A stretch of DNA of 64,000 bases. Source: Magallana gigas (lineage: Eukaryota). Shown one piece after another: positions 26,194 to 38,000 of the stretch. The stretch lies in contig NC_088856.1 of assembly GCF_963853765.1 (NCBI RefSeq), positions 55,800,001-55,864,000 of the forward strand, written 5' to 3'. Numbering within the stretch: position 1 is the first letter of the stretch; every line of letters starts with the position of its first letter. The notes beneath the pieces are model-generated. The model had not been told where the DNA came from and searched no databases. It saw only the letters and a program-made list of their open reading frames with translations. The position numbers and the translations under genes were made by a program.

Positions 26194-29100
26194 ATTAAAT
26201 AACTAGCACAAACAATAGTTTTATACCGATAAGCCATCACCATAACCAACAAAGTAAAGAAATACATATAAAAAATTATATCTTAATTATTACCATTGCT
26301 CACTGCCAAAACTACATTGTTTTGGACATACGCAGCAGTTGTGTAACCGACGAATTTTATGGATTACAAAAAAAAATACCAATACAATTAAAAGACACAC
26401 TATATAAATAGTGCCTGTTTGGGAGGGTAACTGTTGAAATTGACACCCCGAGAAAACTATTGTCAACCGACGCGAAATGGAGGTTGACAATGGTTTTCGA
26501 GGGGTGTCAATTTCAACAGTTATCCTCCCAAACAGGCACTATTTATTTTATAATATTGAATGTCATATTTTCTGCTTTTATATAGAAATGAAGTGAATTC
26601 TACGGCGAACCGAACGCGCATAATTTACGCGTGTGTAACAATTCGTTGTGTTACCCGTTGTCAAGTGTGTTGCTTACGCTGAGGGTAATAGAACGGATTA
26701 ACATGAAAGTTTGATAAAAAATAATGTACCCACGATAAGTTTACCAACGAAGTTAAGTACCCACATAGCTGTGTATTTACAAATTTACAAGGTGATGCAC
26801 CCACAAGGTGATGCACCCACAAGGTAAATGTACCCACGAATAAATGTAACCACGAAGTAATGTGCCAAAAAAAGGTTATGCTTCAACAAATCAATGCACA
26901 TACAAAGTAAAGCACTCATAAAATTTCACCCAATATTAACTAAAGTACCAACAAATTATGTACCCATAGACTAATGCATACACAAAGAAATGTAACTTAC
27001 ATGTGCTACATCTTTTCACTTTTCCTGAAAACAAAATATATGAATTCATTCAGTACACGAGATCTGTATGTAAATTAATCCATGCTTTATCCAATAAATT
27101 CAGGATTTATACGTGTTCTGTCACTAAATACAAAGAAAAAATAAATTCATTAATTTTTCAAAATTGTGAAGTAATGCCGTAAAGTTTGGGTTAGAGTTTA
27201 ATAGTTTTTGTGGCTAAAGAAATATTTAAATAAAAAACGACTACATTGATAACAACACATGTGGTTTACTATCATTGGTTTCATATTGGTTTAATTGTTT
27301 TTGTCCTTGAGAAAAACGAGCTCAAAACATTTAATTAGATTTGTTTAATATTGCTGTTTATGGTTTATAGTAAACACGGCCCAGGAAGTGTGCCCTGAGG
27401 GTTTTATGAAGCACGGAGAGTCATGTTACTTCTTCTCCTCCCATCTGGCGGCAGACTGGATCGAGGCGGGGGTAATGTAACATTACTATGGAACGGTAAC
27501 TCTGTAATATTTAGATCGAGCAGGAGGTAATGTAACGTTACTAAGGAACCGTTACTAAAGAACGGTAACTCTGTTTTATTAAGATGGATGCGGAGGTAAT
27601 GTAGCGTTACTAAGGAACGGTAGCTCTGCAATATTCAGATCGAGGTGGAGGTAATATAACATAACTAACTTAAAGGAACGGTAACTATGTAATATTGAGA
27701 TCGAGGCAAAGATAATGTAACGTTACTAAGGAACAGTTACTCTGTCATATTTAGATCGAGGCGGGGGTAATGTAACGTTACTTAGGAACGGTAACTCTGT
27801 AAATATAAATATTTAATTCAAATCCACTATTAAAATTCTTTCAAACATGTAAATGTATTCATGTAATGATAAAAGCGTATTCTACATGTAACTACGTGTA
27901 TATTTTCATTATCAACATGAACGTTCAACCTGACTTTGATAATTTACTTTTGGATATCTATAAAAAAAAAATAAAACTATCAATGCTCGGACATGCATCA
28001 TTTTGGGTAAAAACAGGACTGCGTTCAAGATCGTAGCAGCTTTCCCAGCCGCTAGGTCGTAGATATTTAGGTCTATTGAACGGACGGCTCGGTTAGCCGC
28101 TATGTCTCAGATTTGAAGTTGGAAATATTTAACTAAAGACTAATAACATTAACATATTAATTTTTTAAAATCAAGTGGAAATGTAGATGTTAAAATTCAT
28201 TGTAACTCATAGGATGAACAAAATATCAGTAAATAAATAAATTTCATGTTTGTTACAAAGAGGTTACTATGGTGGCCATCTTGAATTTGATGCTTAACAT
28301 AAAATATTTAGGCTACGAATATCTACGTAGTGGCAAGGTTAGCTTATCGTTCAACAGCGTAGCTGCTACGTAGCCATACGCAGCAGCTCCGAACTTGAAA
28401 GCAACCCAGATCACATGTACTGAGTATAAGGTACATGTATATAAAATATATATGGTAATTAAATGCAATAATTATCGCATTCATACGAATGTCCACATGA
28501 TAAGAATTTGTTGATTTGATTTTGACAGTTTGTTATTGTCATTTTTTTCATTCATTACATGAAAAGTATTAATTTCCGGTTCAGTCTTTCTGCAAGAGAT
28601 TCAATGGAGGAGACCTTGTTGCCATACAGACGCAATCCGAGAACGAGTTTATATACCAGCATTTACTCTCTATACCCCAGCACCGTGACAGTAAGAGTTT
28701 ATATACCAGCATTTACTCTCTATACCCCAGCACCGTGACAGTAAGAGTTTATATACCAGCATTTACTCTCTATACCCCAGCACCGTGACAGTAAGAGTTT
28801 ATATACCAGCATTTAATCTCTATACCCCAGCACCGTGTCAGAACGAGTTTATATACCAGCATTTACTCTCTATACCCCAGCACCGTGACAGTAAGAGTTT
28901 ATATACCAGCATTTACTCTCTATACCCCAGCACCGTGACAGTAAGAACGAGTTTATATACCAGCATTTAATCTCTATACCCCAGCACCGTGTCAGTAAGA
29001 GTTTATATACCAGCATTTACTCTCTATACCCCAGCACCGTGACAGTAAGAGTTTATATACCAGCATTTACTCTCTATACCCCAGCACCGTGACAGTAAGA

Positions 29101-30543
29101 ACGAGTTTATATACCAGCATTTACTCTCTATACCCCAGCACCGTGACAGTAAGAGTTTATATACCAGCATTTACTCTCTATACCCCAGCACCGTGACAGT
29201 AAGAGTTTATATACCAGCATTTACTCTCTATACCCCAGCACCGTGACAGTAAGAGTTTATATACCAGCATTTACTCTCTGTACCCCAGCACCGTGACAGT
29301 AAGAACGAGTTTATATACCAGCATTTACTCTCTATACCCCAGCACCGTGACAGTAAGAGTTTATATACCAGCATTTACTCTCTATACCCCAGCACCGTGA
29401 CAGTAAGAACGAGTTTATATACCAGCATTTACTCTCTATACCCCAGCACCGTGACAGTAAGAGTTTATATACCAGCATTTACTCTCTATACCCCAGCACC
29501 GTGACAGTAAGAGTTTATATACCAGCATTTACTCTCTATACCCCAGCACCGTGACAGTAAGAGTTTATATACCAGCATTTACTCTCTATACCCCAGCACC
29601 GTGACAGTAAGAACGAGTTTATATACCATTTACTCTCTATACCCCAGCACCGTGACAGTAAGAATGAGTTTATATACCAGCATTTACTCTCTATACCCCA
29701 GCACCGTGACAGTAAGAGTTTATATACCAGCATTTACTCTCTATACCCCAGCACCGTGACAGTAAGAACTGTGTTTGTTTAACTGTTAAACCTGCGTGGA
29801 TGATACGCTATCTATAAAACAATGAGTGCTTGAACTTATATTGATGTTATTTGGCGTATAGATGATTTCTGGATCGGAGGGACGGACGAGTTTGTAGAGG
29901 GACACTGGGTCTGGATTTCCACGATGCAGAGGCTGGGCTTCACCGACTGGTACCCGGGGAACCCCAGCGACAGCGGCTCCAACGAGGATTGCTTGGAGAT
30001 CATGGTTGGCCTCTCGGCATCCCCGCGTCACTACTGGAACGATGAGGATTGTTCCAAGAAGGCCAACTTTATCTGCGAAGTCCCGTATGTTCATTCTAAC
30101 ACCATTTTTCCATACATGTTTCTGAAACGTTGCAACATGATTTCACTTTTGTTTGATTGCCAAATTAAATTCCAAAATTCAGGCTCAATCCAACGTCAGG
30201 CACATTGCATATCATGGTGGGAGTTATTATATCACTTTTTCGCAGAAAAGTTTTACTTATTTTACATACAGAAAATTAAATTGAAATATCATGAAGTTTG
30301 CTCTCCACTTTTTGGGAAGTAAAAAAAAGTGTAAATAAGAAAATTAACAATGAAATTTAAATTAATGGTTATTTGTGGTTTTTATGCTTGTCAAGATATT
30401 TTGGATGAGTCGCTCCCCTCTCAATAACGATGCTACGTGTCTGAAGGGTTTATTATCTTCAATATGAAACCCGCGTTTTTCTCAGACACCGTTTTTTTTT
30501 TTGCATTTGTTTCAGAATGTCAGAGGGTCTAATAGTTGGCTAA
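26065..30543 (+). CDS. Secreted C-type lectin, perlucin-like, copy 3 (170 aa)
   Basis: Exons 26065-26119 (MMIVQYANVVFLAILLLK), 27371-27471, 28585-28690, 29862-30084 (FWIGGTD...WYPGNPSD...WNDEDC...FICE), 30516-30543 (PMSEGLIVG*). Total 513 nt, in frame. Confidence 0.9.
26137..26191. repeat. (CT)n microsatellite
   Basis: Perfect dinucleotide run in lectin 3 intron 1. Confidence 0.97.
26406..26544. mobile_element. Long palindrome (~63-bp arms), core of a palindromic MITE
   Basis: aaatagtgcctgtttgggagggtaactgttgaaattgacacccc...ttgtcaacc / ggttgacaa...ggggtgtcaatttcaacagttatcctcccaaacaggcactattt. Confidence 0.75.
27458..27802 (+). repeat. 55-bp exon-2/donor minisatellite (~6 diverged units) in lectin 3
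   Basis: Donor-like positions at about 27472, 27527, 27596, 27651, 27712, 27767. Confidence 0.85.
28021..28403. mobile_element. ~380-bp TIR element in lectin 3 intron 2; inverted fragment at ~30965-31085
   Basis: Ends gcgttcaagatcgtagc / gctccgaacttgaaagc; the ttaggctacgaatatctac...cgtagctgctacgtagc block recurs reverse-complemented near 31000-31085. Confidence 0.55.
28641..29768 (+). repeat. 50/54-bp minisatellite (~22 units) built from the lectin 3 exon 3 end plus splice donor
   Basis: Unit gagtttatataccagcatttactctctataccccagcaccgtgaca|gtaa, with an optional gaac; nearly identical copies. Confidence 0.97.
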
Positions 30544-31662
30544 CATTAAGGTAGATCCTTGACGTCTACCGATTACTTCATCCCTACAAAATTCGGAAAT
30601 ATGTGTGTGGATCATCACATTTATTAGAATATGAATATACATTGATTTGTACCGAAATAAAAGTTTCATCAAACGCGATTGCTGTTTGTTCTCAATTTCA
30701 CCTGATTTCTAATCCTTACACTTTAAGCGGATTTCCACTCAATCAAATAAGTAGTTCTAAAATATAAAAAAATCTCTCACTTGAGCGCAACATTTTCATG
30801 GACTTCAAGACAATATTTTGATCAGTAATTTACTGGTAGTATCCAGTCTGCGTTATAAAAGAACACACCTACAGAATAATTGAGGATGTAAATATTTTAG
30901 CGAGACAATATTACAACATGTACCCTTCATGATGGGTGTGACAATGACAGTTGAGCCAGAGATGTGTTCAAGAACATAGCTGCTACACAGTGCTACGTAG
31001 TAACTACGCTATTGAGCAGTAAGCTAGTCAGCCCCCAAGTGTAGATACTCGTAGCCTAAATTTTTAATGCTTTAATCAAATTCATTCTGGCTACATCAGT
31101 TACCACTTTGTAACAAGCACGAAATCTGTTTTATCAAGTGATATTTCATTTATCGTAAAACTGTAAGTTATAATGATTTTTATTATGTATTTCATGTATA
31201 TTCCCGATTGTAATTTAAACTTCTCTAAATCACAGCATAATACACTGTCCCGTAAAGTTAAGAATATTTCTTTTATAATAAATTGTAACAGTACCAGGAA
31301 TAATATTATAAAAAGAAAGATTTTAACGTCAAGCGCCCGTGTATCAACACTATACATGTAGTATGGCGGCGGTGGTGTTACATGTATTTGTAAATGAACA
31401 ATGCATGTTTTCAAAACTGCAAAGAAAATTGACTGAAAATGTGGGATGGCAGTAGGAGATATACACATTGCAGTAGGTTATGAAAACAAAGATGTGTTTA
31501 GTTCATCTTCATATCAATACTGTGTTGTCTCTTTAAAACACATTGGATTTTGTAAGCAATATAATGTCTATAATTAAACGTGCACATAATGCTTTGTTGG
31601 CATTTTATGATAAAACTATAAATGAAACAACATGTGAAAAAGATGGGGTTTATCCAACTATT

Positions 31663-32529
31663 TTATTCATTCATTCTACCAAATATAATTTCATACAGTT
31701 CCTTATCAAGTACTTGAGAGTAAGAATGAAATAAATAGAGTTTTTCTTTCTTGTTATAAAGTTCAAACTTTGAGTACACTAAATTTACATGAGAAACTTC
31801 TGACAGAGGCTTCACATTCTCTATCTTATAAAATGAATCCTTCCTGTTTCCAAAGAAAGACAGCCGCGACACTTGGAGAGTGTCTACAACATCACCCACC
31901 CCTCCCACGAACATGCTTCCTATCATGCGCGGCATCATGTAGAAAACCAGCGGCATCAACATCACGTTAGTCACCACGAAGCCCATCATCATGTACGACG
32001 CCGCGGGAACCGTACAGAGGTAAGCCACCGCCGTTGGAAACAGAGTGGAATACACCAACAACTGAAATCTCTGCACGATTCTTATGATGTTAATGGGAGG
32101 AAAGAAATAGATACATTTGTACTCGAGCTTAGGACGTCCCACCTCTCTGTCCTGATCGTCCGTAGAGACCACCTCCCTATTTGGCTCAGTTTGACTTTCC
32201 CCTCCCTGGGTGGTTCCTGTGATTTCCCCACCCTGGGTGGTTCCTGTGGTTTCCCCACTATGTGGGGTTCCTGATTTCCCTGTTTTACAATGCAGCCTTA
32301 CATCTGTTGTAAATGATTTTCGAAGAAGATCCAAAATATTTTTTGTATTCCTCACCATATCCTTAGAGTGACACACACTGTTCACAACTCTTTGGGGACC
32401 CAGCAATTCATATTCACTACCTCTGGCTGCTTGGCTGCAGTGGTTTCTCCTGACAGTTTGGTGTTGTGTATAAATGGAGGAAATGATTTGTCTCTCCACC
32501 ACACAAAGATACCTCAAAGACAAGGTCAT
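31663..32529 (-). CDS. TMEM186: Transmembrane protein 186 (mitochondrial), single coding exon, 288 aa
   Basis: ORF with basic/hydroxylated presequence-like N-terminus; YKCIYFFPPINIIRIVQRFQL, two hydrophobic segments, then LQVSRLSFFGNRKD, matching my recall of the TMEM186 family (related to TMEM70). Confidence 0.75.
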   Translation of the reverse strand: MTLSLRYLCVVERQIISSIYTQHQTVRRNHCSQAARGSEYELLGPQRVVNSVCHSKDMVRNTKNILDLLRKSFTTDVRLHCKTGKSGTPHSGETTGTTQGGEITGTTQGGESQTEPNREVVSTDDQDREVGRPKLEYKCIYFFPPINIIRIVQRFQLLVYSTLFPTAVAYLCTVPAASYMMMGFVVTNVMLMPLVFYMMPRMIGSMFVGGVGDVVDTLQVSRLSFFGNRKDSFYKIENVKPLSEVSHVNLVYSKFELYNKKEKLYLFHSYSQVLDKELYEIIFGRMNE

Positions 32530-32853
32530 GATGCTAGTGAAACAAAAGATAATTTGTTAAATACAGTTAGAAAACATTCAATGTTTCTGCTAAATCAAAA
32601 CTTGTAAGCATGTTTGACATTTGGAACTCAATTTAAATTTAAAATCATCCATTCAAAATAAATGTATACAAATTTACTCAAATTAAAATTTACAAATGAA
32701 ACATGAAATTTTCTTATTTTGGTGAATAAATACCGCAATCACTGCCAGTGTCTTGCCTTGTTAATTACTGGTACATGGATATTTTCAGTCTGTGTTTTCT
32801 TTTGAAAATAACTTCCATGAATTACCTGTATGTACATTATCTCACCTGTGTTG

Positions 32854-34635
32854 CTAGTAATTGATGTTGAACAGGCGATCCAGAAACTGACCAAACTTGT
32901 GTGGCTGACCGGGAGGGAATGGCTTCAGTGAGGAGAAATCCACAGAGTGAAGGGTGTCCACCAGGGTACTGGAAAAAACGTGTACTGGGCTTGAAATGAT
33001 TTCACGGAATACTTAAAAAGTTATGATGTGAATCAAAAGGAGATAATGAACTGAGTTTTCTTTGGGTATAATAACAAAATTGTACACAGATAAGTTTCCA
33101 CCATATTTAGAGAGTATCAAAAACATGACATGTTAAATACAAGAATGGGAACCTACAAAAAAGTACTGATTCAGAAATAAAACAACCTACGTGATTACTG
33201 TTTTAAACCAAACAGCATAATTGAAATACCGGTAGTAATAATACCTGGACCTCCAGCTTTAATAAATTTCTTATATCTTAATATGGACTTCGTATAAAAG
33301 AAGGTCCCAACAGAGAAAACTAAGCGAGAGTGTGCCTATATTTAAATCCGTTATGTGGTGATGAAGAATTGTTTATGATAAAAACATTAAGAAATTTAGA
33401 AATGAATCAAAACAATTTAAAGAGGACGTCTGTACCTCACTGTGCAGTAGAACAAATGTCCGTCTTTATTGAGCTGATAGGCAAGTTCCAGTTGATGGTT
33501 GTTCATCAAATCGTTGTTGATGACAACAAGGAGTGGCTTGTTGGCCGCGAGGGTCTCCAAACAGCTCCCTGCACCTGTAGAGTAGGTGTAATCTACCCGT
33601 AATTCTTAGTGAAATTCAGTCTGAGTGGCAAGTTCTTCAAACATAACTGACAAGTCAGCCTGTTAAAGCTGTCCAACTCTGATGTAAATATCAATTCAAT
33701 CTTATCTAACTCTTTATTCAAACTACATTGTACCCATCACAGCTAGTACTAATTCAGAAGCTTTAAATTTTTCAGTTACTTCAATGTGACGGCCACATGA
33801 AATTAACATATCAGATTTATCTATTTTTGACTGTACAATGAACTTCATTTAACCTATGGTCAGCAGGACTAGACAAAATGGCCTATCTCCACAGGGTTTT
33901 ACATTATCATTTTGAGAGTAGACAAACATTAATGTTGAGCCTGCTCTAGATAGTTTCAGAGGTTCTTGTCAATTTGCTGTTTATGTGTATAAAATAATGA
34001 CAGAATCTACCATTCTTCCTGTTCCAATTTCATCAAACTATCTAGTAATTTTACGTACCATTATCTTACAAGTTGTTTACACTTACCAGCGTGACTTATG
34101 ACAAGACTGGCCTGTCTAATGTCCTCGGTGATGCTTGGTTTCAGTCTGTAAACCTCTACCTCTATCCCTGGCACTGTATCAATCAAAGGATCTCGTCCAC
34201 GCCCTATCTGGACAACCACCTTCCTGTATCCTAGATTAGCTAGGGTCTAAAGAGAGAGTTATAGACATAAGTGAAAAAAATCATCCTATCACTCATGTTC
34301 TCACAAAACACAGAAATACCGGGCATGCGCTGGACATATTACTTACCAAATATTATATTGCACATTCAAAAATCGTAATTTCATAATTTAATTCAATCTA
34401 ATGCATCTAAAATATATCAAATGAGAGAAGTTTTGAGATTGTGAAGGTCTTAGAGGAAATTCGAGATGCATTCCTTGCAAATTATTTAATCTTTGGACTA
34501 GGTTTAACTGAACCTGGGAATCGAGCTTACTTTGAGAACGGCAGAACTACAGACGTAGTCAGTCAGCTTCTCGAATTGCGTCGTTCCCACGGTAACAAAC
34601 ACAGAATTCTGTCCACGTTTCCTCGCACTCGACAT
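32854..34635 (-). CDS. ALG13: UDP-N-acetylglucosamine transferase catalytic subunit ALG13 (short form, 172 aa)
   Basis: Exons 34635-34531, 34246-34087, 33574-33436, 32968-32854; motifs [57 protein letters not shown]; GT-AG and in frame. Confidence 0.95.
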
Positions 34636-35054
34636 CCTCCGCGAAAAGGCGACGTCGGTACAAGACAACTTGTTCATATAATACATTGATAAAGCGCACA
34701 TAAACTTTGTCGGATTGCAACATTCAATTTTTCATAAACTGGTGTATTTTAGATTCTTTAACTTTTTGCATCATACTATTCCTTGACCAAAATCTATTTC
34801 TTTCATAAAACGAGATTTGATTAAATCCATCAGATTTGATAGATCTTGGTGCTGACGCTAAATGTTAATAATGTAAAAAAAATTTACTTTAATAACGTTG
34901 ATTCTTTTGAACACAAGAACAATCAATGCTTCGTGTTAAGTGACTGATATTTATCATATGCCATGCACATGACATGGGCATGGAAAATAAAGACACAGGG
35001 GTTAATATAATATCTTTTATTTAAAATGTAATAATAATACAGTAATAACAATGT

Positions 35055-38000
35055 TCATCCTTTCATTTTCTTCTTCTTCTTGGAGTTTTTGGGCATGCTT
35101 TCTGACTCCTCTATCAACTCCATTTTTTCTGTTTGAAGAAGAATTAGTCACATCATTTTTATTTAGAAACAAGTATAAATCAATCAACTATAGTTGCTTC
35201 ATCCTACACCACAATGCAGGATCCTTTCACGTCTGACATAGTGGCAATAATAAATTGCATATTTACAGTAGACGTCATTGTGAAATTTGACAACAAAATG
35301 GCCTTGTAATTGCTTTTGAATTAATTGTCAATAGTATGTATCTTAATCCTAATTAAATACCAACCTTGCTTGTGTTTCTTCCTCTTTTTCTTCTTCTGTG
35401 GGGATACAACAGTGTCTGGAACATCTTTAAACAGAAAAAAAACCCCAATAAAACCATGACAGTCAGATCAAAAGAAATGTAATTAAAAGATTACTTTAAT
35501 AAAACTACCGTATCTGCCTCCTACCATACCCTATATAATAACATAATTATACAATAACCTTGTGTTGCATATATTAAAGAATTGGTAGGTGACAATATAA
35601 TTAAAATATTGGAAGACTTGTATATTTGTATATCTGCCCCCTACCATACGTTATACAATAACATTGTACAGTGTATATTAAAGAAGTAGATGTACAAGTC
35701 TTATTTCAATTAGATTTGATTACCAGACCACAAGAGTATATCCTTCATTAATTAAGATAACAGTAGAAGACTGACAGAGGGAGGGGGACCCATCAGTAGT
35801 TCAACTTTGTCCAATACTAGCTGCTGGTCTGCAGCTCCCAGTCTGAAAAAATTTAAATGGACAACCTGGGAGCTACAGTGCCACCGATTGTGTATTTATT
35901 GCGCACAAAATTAACATCCCCTAGTTCTGGACTGATTAACCTTATTTATATGCAAATTCTGTGAAAACAATTAGTACCATTAAATTATTCAAGCAATTTA
36001 CTACAGATATCGTCTCTTTACTTGCCTCAGACTTTCTCCGGAACACACTACTGACCTTGGAAATCAAGTATGTTAAATTCACATCGATATCGAGAGTCAC
36101 CAATTTTAGATGTAAATCAACTGCACCACTTCACTTTACGGGGCTGGTGATGGTGTTTAAATTACCTGCTCCGAAGGGAATAAATCTCTGCCTGAGGGTG
36201 TCTGGGATGGGATGTTCCTTCTTGGGGGGGACAGGTATGGGGGGAGCCGAGGGAACGTCCATCTTGTTTATAATCTGTAGCTGACCAGTAAAGTCCACCC
36301 CTATTTGTAACAAAAACAGAAATGTATTACATGTACAGTCATGTACCGGGTAATAATGTGGTTAGTTAGGAAAGTAGTTCATCTTTATTCATCTATAAAT
36401 GTAATGAATGTTACCTAGTTACCAAGCTCTTTATCCTTAATTACCAAGCTCTTTATCCTTAGTTACCAAGCTCTTTATCATTAGTTACCAAATTCCTATC
36501 CTTAGTTATATGTACTAAACTCTCTTTCCTTATTCCCCAAGTTCTCTATCCTTATTCCCCAAGCTCTCTCACCTTATTGACCAAGTTTTCTATCTTTATT
36601 CACCAAGCTCTCTCTCCTTATTGACCAATCTCCCTATCCATATTGACCAATCTCCCTATCCTTATTTACCAAGCTCACTCTCCTTATTCATCAAGTTCAT
36701 TCATCAGTCTTCATTACCAATCTCTCTATCCATAGTTACCTTGTTGTAACTTTCCTGAAGTCGGGCCAATCACCAGGGGACATAACTCTGTTTGCTGCCG
36801 TGACACAACCACTTCACACTTCTGACTGGCTAGATCTAGCTCGATCACTTTGTCCGACAAAGAAACTTTACTTTTGTCCAACATGGATATGTCTAACTAT
36901 ACAAGACAAAAGAATATAATTCCCATGTTATGTAAATTTAAAGTCATTCTTTTTCCTAGAACTACATTAAAAGCCATGCTGGATAATAACTATCTTGTTT
37001 TTAACTATGCATCATATATATCTAATATCTCACAATATCTAATACGTGTGTGACTGTCTATCAACAATCAGACTTCAAGTGTCTATGCATGAGTAATGGT
37101 ACTACATTCAATGTTGCAGGGAATAAAAAAAGTGCTCTATGACTAATTAAAAAGAATACTTAATTTTGGTGATTTTTGTCTGGACCCTATGCAATCCTCC
37201 ATTTCAATTCTACAGACACTTACATCACTGGGAGCTTTGATCAGCCAGAGCTCCGCCTTTGTTAGAGGATTCTGTAACAGAACCGTGCCATCGGACGCCG
37301 ACGGGCCATCCACCGGGTGAAAGTTTTCCCTCTGAAATCTGTGGATAGAGAAAAACACAACTCTTGTTTTAAACAGGTCACAGAACAAATTTCCATTCTT
37401 GGAAATTCAATTAATTGCAGTTACCAGTACTAAATATTGATGAAATTCTTCTTATTTGACATAACTGTGGAATCATCAAAATTTATCTGCGCAGATTTTC
37501 ACAGATTGCCAGTTTGACATTTTCATGGACTTGCTTCCTTAATTGATGATTTATTGCTGTGTTTCAGAATTCACTACGGATGCTAACTCATGGCTATTGA
37601 GAACCTATGATTTTCCTGAAAATTACATCAACACTTCAACACAACAAATCTAATGATACCACAGTAATTTAATTCAAGACAATTGGTACAATCAGCTTGT
37701 TGGAGATCGTTGAGATGTAAGGTTGATATAATAATTTTGAGTCCTGGCCCTGCACAGATTTTATTTTGGTGATTTCTTGTAATATTGCCTGAATAACGTA
37801 CCCTATATATCCTGTAAATTTTCCAATGATCTAATTTTTGGTTTTTTTCGTGAACTCTTTCAAATCGCAAAATATTGAAAACTGAGAAATTATGCCCTGT
37901 ATTATTTTTTTCAAGAAACTTTTAAAATTGCAAAAAAATGACTGACACAAATTATAAAATGCTACACATTTTTGCAAATTTTGTGACACGTGAAAAAAAA

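Noticed and set aside
31770-32274. His-rich plus-strand ORFs opposite TMEM186
   Set aside because: Antisense shadows of the hydrophobic coding strand; no independent motifs. The same applies to antisense ORFs over the acyl-CoA synthetase and the GPCR.
35790-35850. Possible extra POLR1G-like exon after a tttttcag acceptor
   Set aside because: In the required phase it reads DWELQTSS then TAG; flanking exons join in frame without it. A poison exon cannot be excluded, but there is no support for one.
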